From the NCBI GenBank assembly GCA_964016885.1, contig OZ024746.1, forward strand, positions 101,246,001-101,310,000: DNA of 64,000 nucleotides, given 5' to 3'. Source of the stretch: Eledone cirrhosa. Taxonomy: Eukaryota. Positions within the stretch are counted from its first letter, which is position 1. Each line of letters starts with the position of its first letter. The notes beneath the pieces are model-generated. The model saw nothing but the letters and a program-made list of their open reading frames with translations, was not told the origin of the DNA and did not search any database. Shown one piece after another: positions 1 to 13,227 of this stretch. Position numbers and translations under genes: made by a program.

Positions 1-700
1 CAGTTATCACTCTCTGTTCTGTACATATAACAGTTATCACTCTCTGTTCTATACATATAACAGTTATCACTCTCTGTTCTGTACATATAACAGTTATTAC
101 TGTGTTCTGTACACATAATAGTTATTACTGTGTTCTGTACATATAACAGTTATTACTGTGTTCTGTACATATAACAGTTATTACTGTCTGTTCTGTACAT
201 ATAACAGTTATTACTGTGTTCTGTACATATAACAGTTATTACTGTGTTCTGTACATATAACAGTTATTACTCTCTGTACATATAACAGTTATTACTCTCT
301 GTTCTGTACATATAACAGTTATTACTGTGTTCTGTACATATAACAGTTATCACTCTCTGTTCTGTACATATAACAGTTATCACTCTCTGTTCTATACATA
401 TAACAGTTATCACTCTCTGTTCTGTACATATAACAGTTATTACTGTGTTCTGTACACATAATAGTTATTACTGTGTTCTGTACATATAACAGTTATTACT
501 GTGCTCTGTACATATAACAGTTATTACTGTCTGTTCTGTACATATAACAGTTATTACTGTGTTCTGTACATATAACAGTTATTACTGTGTTCTGTACATA
601 TAACAGTTATTACTCTCTGTACATATAACAGTTATTACTCTCTGTTCTGTACATATAACAGTTATTACTGTGTTCTGTACATATATCAGTTATTACTCTC
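1..700. repeat. 28-30 bp minisatellite (cagttattactgtgttctgtacatataa) with 343-bp higher-order duplication
   Basis: Direct tandem units. Rare variants atacatataa (51/394) and acacataata (111/454) recur 343 bp apart. Confidence 0.95.
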
Positions 701-1038
701 TGCTTATCTTCAATTGTGATATTTCTTTTGTTCAGTTGCTTTTAGAAGCCAACAGTCTTTTAATTTAATTTTCATCCTCAACCATTATAAGTTGTTTCCT
801 TCCCTCCAGGTAATTTACCATATTACAGTGATTTATTTTTTACTAAAATAGAGTACTCTAGAAGAGGGGGATTAAATAGGGGGTTTGTCTGAGAGTGTAG
901 TCAGGTAAAAGAAACAGTTAAATCCAAATGTTTTATATATTTCTCAAATAAGGAAGAAAATTATGAAAATAAATTCAATCTGTAATTATAAAATGTTTCA
1001 AATACAGAAAATATAATCAGAGAAAATATTAGACTTAC

Positions 1039-1128
1039 TCGAAAAAATTCAGTGCCATGTTCTGCCAATAAATGGTCAGATTTGGGTTTGTTTTTATTGT
1101 AGAGAGCGTAGAGGTAAAAGTGTTCTTC
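1039..1128 (-). CDS. PLEKHG4: RhoGEF (puratrophin-1/PLEKHG4-like) exon, DH domain continuation
   Basis: Not in the ORF track. The reverse complement reads ttctag|GAAGAACAC...TTTTTTCGA|gtaagt: 90 nt, phase 0/0, encoding EEHFYLYALYNKNKPKSDHLLAEHGTEFFR. This matches the YALYxKNKPxSD motif of PLEKHG4/Trio-type DH domains. Confidence 0.9.
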
Positions 1129-1215
1129 CTAGAAATAACCAAATAAGAACAACAATGATATTAATAACAACTTAATAAATATACAGAGGTCTATGACTCA
1201 TGTAGTTATATATAA

Positions 1216-1400
1216 TAGTTTCTTATATAGGCACAAGGCCAGCAATTACCCCAGTGTATTACTGGTACTTTATTTTATCGACCCCGTAAGAATCAAAGGT
1301 AAAGTTAATCTTGGCGGGATTTGAACTCAGATCATAAAGGGCCGTAACACTATGCTGCAAAGCATGGTGTACGACCCTCTACCAATACTGTCAATCCATA
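1216..1400 (-). mobile_element. tRNA-derived SINE family A (Deu/Nin-like core)
   Basis: Reverse complement of the family consensus, with B-box gagttcaaatcc and core ...cttacggggtcgataaaataaagtaccag. Confidence 0.85.
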
Positions 1401-1424
1401 AATAATGTAGTTTTGAACATATCA

Positions 1425-1665
1425 CCACCGTTTAATGACTATTTTCCATGCTTGTATGGGTTAGAGACAAACTGTCATGTTATAAAGGTTAGATAGGTCA
1501 GGTGGCTACGTCTTATGATCCATTTTTAGTTTAATTTTCTATAGCTTGAGGCCTTTTCTAATGCCAATCACATTACAGTGTAGACTGGGTGCTTTTTGTC
1601 ATGTCACCAGTATGACCACCTTACTGACCGGACTGGGTGCTTTTCTATCGTGGTACCAGCACGAT
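1425..1665 (-). mobile_element. Decayed SINE family B / RTE-tail fragment
   Basis: tttaatgactattttccatgcttgtatgggtt tail and ctgggtgctttt body motifs shared with family B. Confidence 0.55.
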
Positions 1666-1907
1666 ATGCAGTCTAAAATTTAAATTAAAAAATGTTAAAA
1701 GCTCTTTAGCATGAAACCGCATTACCTAATGTAAGGGAGATAACTCTTTCACTTTCATACTTTTCCTGCATTTTCTCTTGTTACAGAGTTCCTAACTTGT
1801 TCCTAACATGTATTGTGTTTATTGCATTCATCGCGCTATGTTTTTGTGTCAGGTTACTATTGCATGTGAGAAAATGGCTAAAAAAATAATTAAAGTAGAA
1901 ATAAAAA

Positions 1908-2890
1908 GACTAAAGAAATGTTTAGTCTCTCACAAAAGACTGGCTAAAGAAGTGTTTAGTCTCTCACAAAAGACTGGCTAAAGAAGTGCTTAGTCTCTCA
2001 CAAAAGACTGGCTAAAGAAGTATTTAGTCTCTCACAAAAGACTGGCTAAAGAAGTGTTTAGTCTCTCACAAAAGACTGGCTAAAGAAGTGTTTAGTCTCT
2101 CACAAAAGACTGGCTAAAGAAGTGTTTAGTCTCTCACAAAAGACTGGCTAAAGAAGTGTTTAGTCTCTCACAAAAGACTGGCTAAAGAAGTGTTTAGTCT
2201 CTCACAAAAGACTGGCTAAAGAAGTGTTTAGTCTCTCACAAAAGACTGGCTAAATAAGTGTTTAGTCTCTCACAAAAGACTGGCTAAAGAAGTGTTTAGT
2301 CTCTCACAAAAGACTGGCTAAAGAAGTATTTAGTCTCTCACAAAAGACTGGCTAAAGAAGTGTTTAGTCTCTCACAAAAGACTGGCTAAAGAAGTGTTTA
2401 GTCTCTCACAAAAGACTGGCTAAAGAAGTGTTTAGTCTCTCACAAAAGACTGGCTAAAGAAGTGTTTAGTCTCTCACAAAAGACTGGCTAAAGAAGTGTT
2501 TAGTCTCTCACAAAAGACTGGCTAAAGAAGTGTTTAGTCTCTCACAAAAGACTGGCTAGAGAAGTGTTTAGTCTCTCACAAAAGACTGGCTAAAGAAGTG
2601 TTTAGTCTCTCACAAAAGACTAGCTAGAGACGTGTTTAGTCTCTCACAAAAGACTGGCTAAAGAAGTGTTTAGTCTCTCACAAAAGACTGGCTAGAGAAG
2701 TGTTTAGTCTCTCACAAAAGACTGGCTAAAGAAGTGTTTAGTCTCTCACAAAAGACTGGCTAGAGAAGTGTTTAGTCTCTCACAAAAGACTGGTTAAAGA
2801 AGTGTTTAGTCTCTCACAAAAGACTAGCTAGAGACGTGTTTAGTCTCTCACAAAAGACTAGCTAGAGACGTGTTTAGTCTCTCACAAAAC
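1908..2890. repeat. 34-bp minisatellite (gactggctaaagaagtgtttagtctctcacaaaa), ~29 copies
   Basis: Near-perfect tandem repeats inside the intron between the two DH exons. Confidence 0.97.
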
Positions 2891-3220
2891 AGCAAGGAAA
2901 TGGAATAAAAACAAGTCTTGTACCATCATCATCATCATTTTTATTTGTTTTTCTATGCTTGGGTTGGACAGATACCCATCCAATAAAGAAGAAATGCATT
3001 TGTAGAAGCATTAGTGTTTTGCCAGCAACAGTGAAAAATGATGTCTCAGATTTGTGATAAAGTAGTTGTAAAAAATGATAAAGCATTAAATATTTGATAG
3101 ATTCATGAAAACCTAATTAACTTGATAGAGTTAAAGGACCTAATTAGTTCAACAGACTAATTAATGCAAATGAAAACAGATAATAAATAAATTAATAAGC
3201 TAAATAAATAAAATTCTTAC

Positions 3221-3470
3221 ATGTGAAAGGAAAATTTGAGCAATCTGAAAAGGGTAATGTTTGCAAGTTTCCAATTCTTGCAAGAAATACTTGTCATGGA
3301 ATTCATAGATCTTTTCAATATTACCAAAAATAATATTCCTTTTGCCTCGAAGGGCATGAGGGACTTCCTCGTTGGTTATTTCAGGCATGTAGTTGTCAAC
3401 AATTAGTTTTAAAGCTTGTACATAATCTCGTTCAGTAGATATAAGTTCTTGCAGAATAAGAGCCACTGTC
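3221..3470 (-). CDS. PLEKHG4: RhoGEF exon, N-terminal part of DH domain
   Basis: ttcag|G ACA GTG GCT...TCA CAT|gtaag, 250 nt, phase 2/0. Encodes TVALILQELISTERDYVQALKLIVDNYMPE...LRGKRNIIFGNIEKIYEFHDKYFLQELE...FLSH, a classic DH start that joins in frame to exon 1128-1039. Confidence 0.93.
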
Positions 3471-4299
3471 CTGAAGAAAGAGAAAACAAAGAATGGACCA
3501 TATTAAATAATATTCCTTTTAAAATAAAATCCTGGAATTATTAAAGAAAATTGAAATATAGATATTAATACAGCATTCGTTTTACTGCAATATTTTAAAG
3601 ACAAATTTGACAAAGATACACAAACGAGAAATCCATTTGAAACAGTTTAAGGATAGAGTTTGAGGGAATGATGGAAAAGAGACAGAATTGTTAGAATGTT
3701 GGATAAAGTGTGATATTTGTTCTGGTTCATTGTTCCAAGTTTAAACCTTGCTGAGATCAACTTTACCTTTCCTCCTTCTGGGGTTGATAAAATAAAGGAC
3801 CAGTTCAGGGCATTGGAATGGTGGAATTGTTATTGATTCCAAACAAAATCTCTTGTAACCTTTGTTTTGACATTTTAAATTTTGATTTCACATCGCAGTG
3901 AGTTCAGCTTTGCTTCTAGTCCTTTGTGGGTTGATAACAAAGTAATAAATGTCAGCTATCATACCATTGAGAATATGAGTGAAGAGGGTGTCTTTATCTG
4001 CTTGCAACTATACGGTAAGACAGTAAGCCTGCACATACACGTACACCAGGTCCAAACACAGCGGAGCCAAACTCCCACTGTCATCATCTCTGATCATTTC
4101 AAAAAGGAGTGAAGGCATGGTACACAAAAAGAGTTGTTGAAGCTGCATCAGTTGTTAGCTGCTGAGACACTGCATCCTTTAAAACCTCCATGCTCCCTGA
4201 AATTCACCAACACTACACTTGATATCCCTTCTCCATACACATGCACACATGTATGACTCATACACTGTTCACTTTCCTGACATTTCTACATTATTCTAT

Positions 4300-4478
4300 G
4301 TGGATTGGCAGTATTGGTAGAGGATCAGACACCATGCTTTCCAGCATAGAGTTACGACCCTTTACGGTATGAGTTCAAATCCCGCCAAGGTTAACTTTGC
4401 CTTTCATCCTTATGAGGCTCGATAAAATAAAGTACCAGTAATGCACTGGGCCTTGTGCCAATAGTAGAAACAATTATT
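4300..4478 (+). mobile_element. SINE family A
   Basis: gattggcagtattggtagagg head, gagttcaaatcccgcc B-box, gcctttcatcc...gataaaataaagtaccag core, agtagaaacaatta tail. Confidence 0.85.
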
Positions 4479-4870
4479 CTATGTACTATGCATGCACCTT
4501 TGATGAGTTGTAGTGCACCTGAGCACTGTACACAATAATATCATTATTATTATTATTACAACTGTGACAGCTGTGCTAGAGACAACTGAACCTATTCCAC
4601 CCCAAACCATTGATATTCATTAGAAGATACCCTGAGTGCAAAAAAAAAAAAAGAAATGTTCAAACAGAGAATGTGATGAAGAGGAAGTTTTATGAAAGTT
4701 TGTATCAACAAAGGTAGCTCTGTGCTCCAGCTGTGTGCTCCATCAGTTTATATAGGATAATAGCTGATGTGTAACACAAACATCCATTGATTTTAATAAA
4801 TGGCAGAAAAAGTGCTTAAACCATGTAATAGTTTACTTAGGTTGATACAAACAAGCGACATGGTCAATTT

Positions 4871-4922
<52 letters not shown>

Positions 4923-4937
4923 GTCTCTCTCTCTCTA

Positions 4938-4982
<45 letters not shown>

Positions 4983-4984
<2 letters not shown>

Positions 4985-5236
4985 TGATGTGTTGTTTCCT
5001 TGAGCAAGACACTTTATTTCACATTGCTCCAGTTTACTCAGCTGTAGAAATGAGATGATAGGGACTGTGGTCAATATCATTCCACTGCAAAGTGGTCGTG
5101 GAGGTGCCACGGCCAAAAAGCACCCAGCACTCACTGTAAATGAGGTTGGTGTTAGGAAGGGCATCCAGCTGTAGAAATCGAGCCAGAATCAGTTCCCGTC
5201 CCACCCTTGCAAGCAGGGAAGCGGAAATGATGATGA
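4983..5236 (+). mobile_element. SINE family B, 5'-truncated, with RTE-derived 3' tail
   Basis: ccttgagcaagacacttt...ggttggtgttaggaagggcatccagc...cacccttgcaagcagggaa...(gat)n, preceded by (CT)n(TA)n. Confidence 0.85.
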
Positions 5237-5261
5237 TATGTATATATGTATGTATATATAT

Positions 5262-5980
5262 GTGTAGTGGAACTACTTCATACCTGGCAACAACAATGTT
5301 TCATATGTGATTTGGTTAAACAAACCAATCGTATTAGATCGCGTGGCTCCTCCTTATAAATCCTGGCTCACCAGAGAGATGACTCTCTGGACAGCAAGGG
5401 GAGAAGATGAACTATGGAGTAGCTCTTGCATATTCCTCGTATTATTTTCCCTTAAGGAGGAACTAAATATTTACCAATGAGACATATTCAATATCTCGGG
5501 AATTATCAATTTTTAATGAAAAGAGAGCCAAATGCTTATTAATACCTTTTACTTGCAGCGACAGGCTTCTGACATCCAGGTATAAATAATTATATTTTTA
5601 ACACAATTCGATATAAACACATATTTATTGTTAGAAGGCCACATTTATATATACAAGAGGATATGAGAAATGAAAGCAATTACTGGCCATTAAGTTGGTA
5701 TTGAAGAGACCAGGAAACATTGAATATCTCAACCGTAATAGAACAATTCGCAGAATGTTGAATACGTCTCGTTAAATATTTAGTTCCTTCTTACAGGGAA
5801 AATAAAACAAATATGCAGGAGCTACTCCCCTTTCTGTCCAGAGAGTCATCTCTCTGGTGAGCCAGGATTTATAGGGAGGAGCCAACAATGTATTCATACG
5901 CGATCTAATACGATTGGTTTGTTTAACCAAATCACATATCAAACATTGTTGTTGCCAGGTATGAAGTAGTTCCACTACAT
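5262..5980. mobile_element. Fold-back element with ~210-bp inverted arms (5262-5473 / 5773-5980)
   Basis: tgtagtggaactacttcatacctggcaacaacaatg... is matched in reverse complement by ...cattgttgttgccaggtatgaagtagttccactaca. Flanked by TA/TATG microsatellites. Confidence 0.85.
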
Positions 5981-6574
5981 ATGTATGTATGTATGTTGGG
6001 TCACTCTTGATTGCTACTGGAAACATGTAACCCAGTACAACCTGTCACATGGTCGGGTCGTTGGCGACTAAACCGGCAACCCCACCAAGTTTAGTTGGTG
6101 AGGAGGGTGATTTTAGACACCTGCAGGACAAAAAACAAAACCTGACAAAGGGCAGAAGAACTCATAAGAGTCAACGGCCATCCAAAAGTCTGTAAATTTG
6201 TATATACACATGTACATATGTATATGCGCGGGGACATAGAAATAGTCGGGCTGGAGACCCGATCACACGCTTAAACCACTGGGAGTGAAGGACCCCTAGC
6301 CTTTGTCAAGGCATTCTTCTAAGAGAAGGCAACTAAGGAAACAGGGATAACTCCAATATAAAACCTGCGACTCAGTAGTTACCGAGATGTTGATCTTTTG
6401 TTCTTTTCAGGTTGTAGCTATTATCACTCAGAGAGTGGGATTGGCTCAGTGCACAGTCTTTCGCCACTTTAAAAAATATCTTCACGCACAGGCATTGCAT
6501 GATAGAATTAATTAATAATTATTAATAATGGTATATCGTGCAATGGCCATACTCGATAACGAGGGGGCAGCCAT

Positions 6575-6629
6575 CATATGTATGTATATATATATATGTG
6601 AATGTATATGTATGTGTATATATATATAT

Positions 6630-6664
<35 letters not shown>

Positions 6665-6931
6665 CATCAACGTTTAACGTCCGTGTTCCACGCTTGCATG
6701 GGTTTGGACGGGGGTTTTCCCATATATATATATATGCATGTATATATATACATATATGTATGTATATATATATATGCATGTATATATATATACATATATG
6801 TATGTATATATATATATGCATGTATATATATACATATATGTATGTATATATATACATACATATATGTATATATATATATATATATATACATACATATATG
6901 TATATATATATTTATATATATATATATATAT
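6575..6931. repeat. Compound (TA)n/(TATG)n/(CAT)n microsatellite containing a short RTE 3' tail (6631-6715, minus)
   Basis: Low-complexity sequence. cgtttaacgtccgtgttccacgcttgcatgggtt is the reverse complement of the RTE tail. Confidence 0.9.
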
Positions 6932-7018
6932 GTAAAAGGTAAACAGAAATAGCAACACAACCAGTACAGTATATGGAAGGGATATATTAGGTTAACACTT
7001 GATATAGCAGGAAGAGGG

Positions 7019-7054
7019 TCTTAACGTTTCGGATGCTAGTCCTTCATCAGAAGA
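7019..7054 (-). ncRNA. Minimal type I hammerhead ribozyme motif
   Basis: Minus strand: tctt CTGATGA a gga ctagca tcc GAAAC GT T aaga. Stem I tctt/aaga, stem II gga/tcc, palindromic helix III AACGTT. Lies in a ~220-bp unique insert (6932-7153) between (TA)n tracts. Confidence 0.75.
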
Positions 7055-7427
7055 AAGAATGAGAAATAAGATAGATTGAGGGGACGGGCGGGTTGGAATT
7101 GGAAAAAATGTCTTTAGATAAAAATAACAGGTCCATTCATGTTGACATCTCTTATATATATGTATATATATATAAATGCAATCTGAGTTTTTCAAATATT
7201 AATAATAATAATATTCGATTCATTTGCAATTATGCAAACACCCTCTTTTTATTAAAGCCAGGTCAGTAGAATGAGCCCCTCATTCTTGCTCTTATGTTGG
7301 CATGTGAACAGAACTGCAGACACTAATGTTTCTGGGTATCACCCTTCATCAGTACAGTTTACTGTTCACCTGCCAAACTGTCAGAGCTAGTGAAAATATA
7401 TGCTATTTTCAAAAATATACAGTGACT

Positions 7428-9366
7428 GATTTGCATATTAATAGACTGGCTGATCAGTCAGATCTTCATATTAGCAGATCCACTGATCAGCCAGATTTGC
7501 ATATCAGCAGACTGGCTGATCAGTCAGATCTTCATATTAGCAGATCCACTGATCAGCCAGATTTGCATATCAGCAGACTGGCTGATCAGTCAGATCTTCA
7601 TATTAGCAGATCCACTGATCAGCCAGATTTGCATATCAGCAGACTGGCTGATCAGTCAGATCTTCATATTAGCAGATCCACTGATCAGCCAGATTTGCAT
7701 ATCAGCAGACTGGCTGATCAGTCAGATCTTCATATTAGCAGATCCACTGATCAGCCAGATTTGTATATCAGCAGACTGGCTGATCAGTCAGATCTTCATA
7801 TTAGCAGATCCACTGATCAGCCAGATTTGCATATCAGCAGACTGGCTGATCAGTCAGATCTTCATATTAGCAGATCCACTGATCAGCCAGATTTGCATAT
7901 CAGCAGACTGGCTGATCAGTCAGATCTTCATATTAGCAGATCCACTGATCAGCCAGATTTGCATATCAGCAGACTGGCTGATCAGTCAGATCTTCATATT
8001 AGCAGATCCACTGATCAGCCAGATTTGCATATCAGCAGACTGGCTGATCAGTCAGATCTTCATATTAGCAGATCCACTGATCAGCCAGATTTGCATATCA
8101 GCAGACTGGCTGATCAGTCAGATCTTCATATTAGCAGATCCACTGATCAGCCAGATTTGCATATCAGCAGACTGGCTGATCAGTCAGATCTTCATATTAG
8201 CAGATCCACTGATCAGCCAGATTTGTATATCAGCAGACTGGCTGATCAGTCAGATCTTCATATTAGCAGATCCACTGATCAGCCAGATTTGTATATCAGC
8301 AGACTGGCTGATCAGTCAGATCTTCATATTAGCAGATCCACTGATCAGCCAGATTTGCATATCAGCAGACTGGCTGATCAGTCAGATCTTCATATTAGCA
8401 GATCCACTGATCAGCCAGATTTGCATATCAGCAGACTGGCTGATCAGTCAGATCTTCATATTAGCAGATCCACTGATCAGCCAGATTTGCATATCAGCAG
8501 ACTGGCTGATCAGTCAGATCTTCATATTAGCAGATCCACTGATCAGCCAGATTTGCATATCAGCAGACTGGCTGATCAGTCAGATCTTCATATTAGCAGA
8601 TCCACTGATCAGCCAGATTTGCATATCAGCAGACTGGCTGATCAGTCAGATCTTCATATTAGCAGATCCACTGATCAGCCAGATTTGCATATCAGCAGAC
8701 TGGCTGATCAGTCAGATCTTCATATTAGCAGATCCACTGATCAGCCAGATTTGCATATCAGCAGACTGGCTGATCAGTCAGATCTTCATATTAGCAGATC
8801 CACTGATCAGCCAGATTTGCATATCAGCAGACTGGCTGATCAGTCAGATCTTCATATTAGCAGATCCACTGATCAGCCAGATTTGCATATCAGCAGACTG
8901 GCTGATCAGTCAGATCTTCATATTAGCAGATCCACTGATCAGCCAGATTTGTATATCAGCAGACTGGCTGATCAGTCAGATCTTCATATTAGCAGATCCA
9001 CTGATCAGCCAGATTTGCATATCAGCAGACTGGCTGATCAGTCAGATCTTCATATTAGCAGATCCACTGATCAGCCAGATTTGCATATCAGCAGACTGGC
9101 TGATCAGTCAGATCTTCATATTAGCAGATCCACTGATCAGCCAGATTTGTATATCAGCAGACTGGCTGATCAGTCAGATCTTCATATTAGCAGATCCACT
9201 GATCAGCCAGATTTGCATATCAGCAGACTGGCTGATCAGTCAGATCTTCATATTAGCAGATCCACTGATCAGCCAGATTTGCATATCAGCAGACTGGCTG
9301 ATCAGTCAGATCTTCATATTAGCAGATCCACTGATCAGCCAGATTTGCATATCAGCAGACTGGCTA
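7428..9366. repeat. 60-bp minisatellite (dimer of two diverged 30-mers), ~32 copies
   Basis: Unit gatttgcatatcagcagactggctgatcagtca + gatcttcatattagcagatccactgatcagcca (overlapping halves). Nearly invariant, and the source of the 688-aa ORF. Confidence 0.97.
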
Positions 9367-9570
9367 GTCAGTTTCCTGTATACAAGCGATAAATGGCCGA
9401 CTTGGCTCATTCTACTGACATGGCTTTAAAAAAAAAAGAAGCTGTTTGCATAATTGCAAACGAATCAAATATTATTATTAATATTTGAAAAACTCAGTAT
9501 GATTGGATAATATCAGGTAAGAAAGATAATAATTAGAGCAGCTATGATTGGATAATATCAGGTAAGAAAG

Positions 9571-10415
9571 GAGGTGGGTGTGCAGAAAGTACAATAACTA
9601 GGGTAAGAATGGGATGAAAGAAGTTTAGGGAACTACTACCACTGATAGCTGCAAAAGGCTGCTCCCTCAAAATGAAAGGCAGACTGTATCATGGGTGTAT
9701 CCGAACAGCAATGTTGCATGGTAGTGAGACCTGGGCGCTGAAGGTGGAAGACTTACGTAGATTAGAGAGAAACGAAGCCTGCATGCTCCGGTGGATGTGT
9801 AACAGTAATATACACGAACGACAAAGCATAAATGAATTGAGAGAGAGACTGAGCATAAGAGGAATCAAATGCTGTGTGCAGGAGAGGCGGTTGCGTTGGT
9901 ATGGACATGTGATGCGTATGAAGGATGACAGCTGCATAAAAAGGTGCAGAGCACTAGAAGTCGATGGAAACCGCGGAGTGGGGAGACCCAAGATGACCTG
10001 GGATGAGGTGATAAAAGCCGACCTTACCCAATTACACCTCTCAAAGGCAATGACACACGACTGTGACCTCACGCAGTAATACAGAGTACCCGACCTCCCA
10101 TGGGTACAAGCTGAAGCATATAGACAATATGCCCCCACACACCCCACTGCAAGGTGGTCGTGGAGGTGCCACGGCAAAAAAGCACCCAGCCCACACTGTA
10201 AAGTGGACGTGGAGGCGCCACGAAAAAGCACCCAGCACTCACTGTAAATGAGGTTGGTGTTAGGAAGGGCATCCAGCTGTAGAAATCAAGCCAAATCAGT
10301 TCCTGTATGAGCAAGGCATGGTCAGTCGACCAGACACTGCCCACAACAGGACAACCCGTCTAACCCATGCTAGCGTGGAAGAACGGACGTAAAACGGTGA
10401 TGATGATGATGATGA
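9571..10415 (+). mobile_element. RTE-type LINE 3' fragment fused to a SINE-B body and an RTE tail
   Basis: KGRLYHGCIRTAMLHGSETWAL...RRLRWYGHVMRM...GRPKMTW is the RTE ORF C-terminus. It is followed by family B motifs and (gat)n, inserted in a 45-bp tandem repeat. Confidence 0.85.
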
Positions 10416-10521
10416 AAGATAATCATTAGAGCAGCTATGATTGGATAATATCAGGTAAGAAAGATAATAATTAGAGCAGCTATGATTGGATGATATCAGG
10501 TAAAGAAGAGCTTTTTTGTTG

Positions 10522-12160
10522 TCTATATAACAGGTGTATATATAACAGGTAAGAAAGATAATAATTGTATATATATAACAGGTGTCTATATAACAGGTGT
10601 ATATATATAACAGGTGTATATATATATAACAGGTGTATATATAACAGGTGTATATATATACCAGGTGTATATATATAACAGGTGTATATATAACAGGTGT
10701 ATATATATAACAGGTGTCTATATAACAGGTGTATATATATAACAGGTGTATATATAACAGGTGTATATATAATAGGTGTCTATATAACAGGTGTATATAT
10801 ATAACATGTGTCAATATAACAGATGTATATATATAACAGGTGCATATATAACAGGTGTATATATATAACAGGTGTATATAAAACAGGTGTATATATATAA
10901 CAGGTGTATATATATAACAGGTGTATATATATAACAGGTGTATATATAACAGGTGTATATATAACAGGTGTATATATAACAGGTGTATATATAACATGTG
11001 TCAATATAACAGATGTATATATATAACAGGTGCATATATAACAGGTGTCTATATAACAAGTGTATATATATAACAGGTGTATATATAACAGGTGTCTATA
11101 TAACAGGTGTATATATATAACAGGTGTATATATAACAGGTGTATATATAATAGGTGTCTATATAACAGGTGTATATATATAACAGGTGTCTATATAACAG
11201 GTGTATATATATAACAGGTGTCTATATAACAGGTGTATATATATAACAGGTGTATATATATAACAGGTGTATATATAACAGGTGTATATATAACAGGTGT
11301 ATATATAACAGGTGTCTATATAACAGGTGTATATATAACAGGTGTATATATATAACAGGTGCCTATATAACAGGTGTATATATATAACAGGTGTATATAT
11401 ATAACAGGTGTATATATAACAGGTGTCTATATAACAGGTGTATATATATAACAGGTGTATATATAACAGGTGTATATATATAACAGGTGTATATATAACA
11501 GGTGTATATATATAACAGGTGTATATATAACAGGTGTATATATATAACAGGTGTATATATATAACAGGTGTCTATATAACAGGTGTATATATATAACAGG
11601 TGTATATATATAACAGGTGTATATATAACAGGTGTATATATATAACAGGTGTATATATAACAGGTGTATATATATAACAAGTGTATATATAACAGGTGTA
11701 TATATATAACAGGTGTCTATATAACAGGTGTATATATATAACAGGTGTCTATATAACAGGTGTATATATATAACAGGTGTATATATATAACAGGTGTATA
11801 TATATAACAGGTGTATATATATAACAGGTGTATATATAACAGGTGTATATATATAATAGGTGTCTATATAACAGGTGTATATATATAACAGGTGTCTATA
11901 TAACAGGTGTATATATATAACAGGTGTATATATATAACAGGTGTATATATATAACAGGTGTATATATAACAGGTGTATATATATAACAGGTGTATATATA
12001 ACAGGTGTATATATATAACAAGTGTATATATAACAGGTGTATATATATAACAGGTGTCTATATAACAGGTGTATATATAACAGGTGTATATATATAACAG
12101 GTGTATATATAACAGGTGTATATATATATAACAGGTGTATATATATAACAGGTGTATACA
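10522..12160. repeat. 14-18 bp minisatellite (ta)n-acaggtg
   Basis: About 100 units of tatataacaggtg with variable TA number. Confidence 0.97.
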
Positions 12161-12344
12161 AACTAGAAATAAAATGAAGGGAATAGAAGGAGAGGGGGAG
12201 GAGGAGGAGGAGATTATGTGAAGGGGAGGAGGAGACTATGTGAATGGGAGGAGGAGACTGTGTGAAGGGGAGGAGGAGACTGTGTGAAGGGGAGGAGGAG
12301 TGTTTATCCTGATAGTAAAATAAGTTGGATTACTTTGAATAAAT

Positions 12345-12462
12345 AATTGTTTCTACTTTTGGCACAAGGCCAGCAATTACCCCAGTACATTACTGGTACT
12401 TTATTTTATTGACCGCGTAAGGATGAAAGGCAAAGTTAACCTCGGTGGGATTTGAACTCAGA
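12345..12462 (-). mobile_element. SINE family A, 5'-truncated
   Basis: Reverse complement of the family A core and tail. Confidence 0.8.
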
Positions 12463-13227
12463 CTATTACTAAATTTTGTAGCTTTTGATTAAACATAAAT
12501 ATTCTTATATATAAAATATTGTTTATTTTAAGATTCACTTCTTTAAAAGTTTCAAATGTCAACACTTCTGGTTAGCATCCATTATCTCAGGACTGCCACT
12601 CTAATGTTGCCACCCTGAAAGGTAAATCAGGTGAAATTGTGGTGCAGTTAGGGAGAGAGGATTAGATGTATGCTGTGTACAAGAAGTGGTACCTAAGTGA
12701 GACTAATCACAGGCAAACAACTTAGATATAAACTCTACTGGATAGGAAATGACAATGGGCTAGGAGGTATAGGCATCCTATTAGCTGAGAAAAGGGTAGA
12801 TAAGGTGATAGAGGTAGTTAGAGTAAGTGACAGAATAATCAAGCTTAGATTAACTGTAGGAAATAGGATGGTGACAATTACATCTACCTATACTCTACAG
12901 GTAGGACTGGGTAAGGAACAAAAGGACAGGTTCTATGAGGAACTTTTACTGACAACTTCAGGTATTGATGAGACTTCATCATCTTGGCAGGCGACTTCAA
13001 TGGACATGAGGGGCAGAACCAGGATGAATTCAGTAGAGTTCATGGCGGATATGGTTATGGCTCAAGGAATGAAGAAGGATTGAGACTCCTGGAGTTCTGT
13101 GATGCAAATGAATTAACTATTTGCAATACAAATTTCAGGAAACCAGCCAACCATCTGATTTCATATCAATCAGGTGAACACACAAGCCAAATTGATTACT
13201 TACTTGTTAGACAACAAGACAAGTGGA

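Noticed and set aside
6522-6960. YI/CVY-rich ORFs here and at 10296-12161, 22151-22550, 25259-26321, 53169-53387, 62957-63267
   Set aside because: Translations of TA/CA microsatellites and minisatellites.
7326-9392. 688-aa ORF as a repeat protein gene
   Set aside because: Entirely a near-invariant 60-bp DNA repeat, antisense within an intron, with no synonymous divergence or splice evidence.
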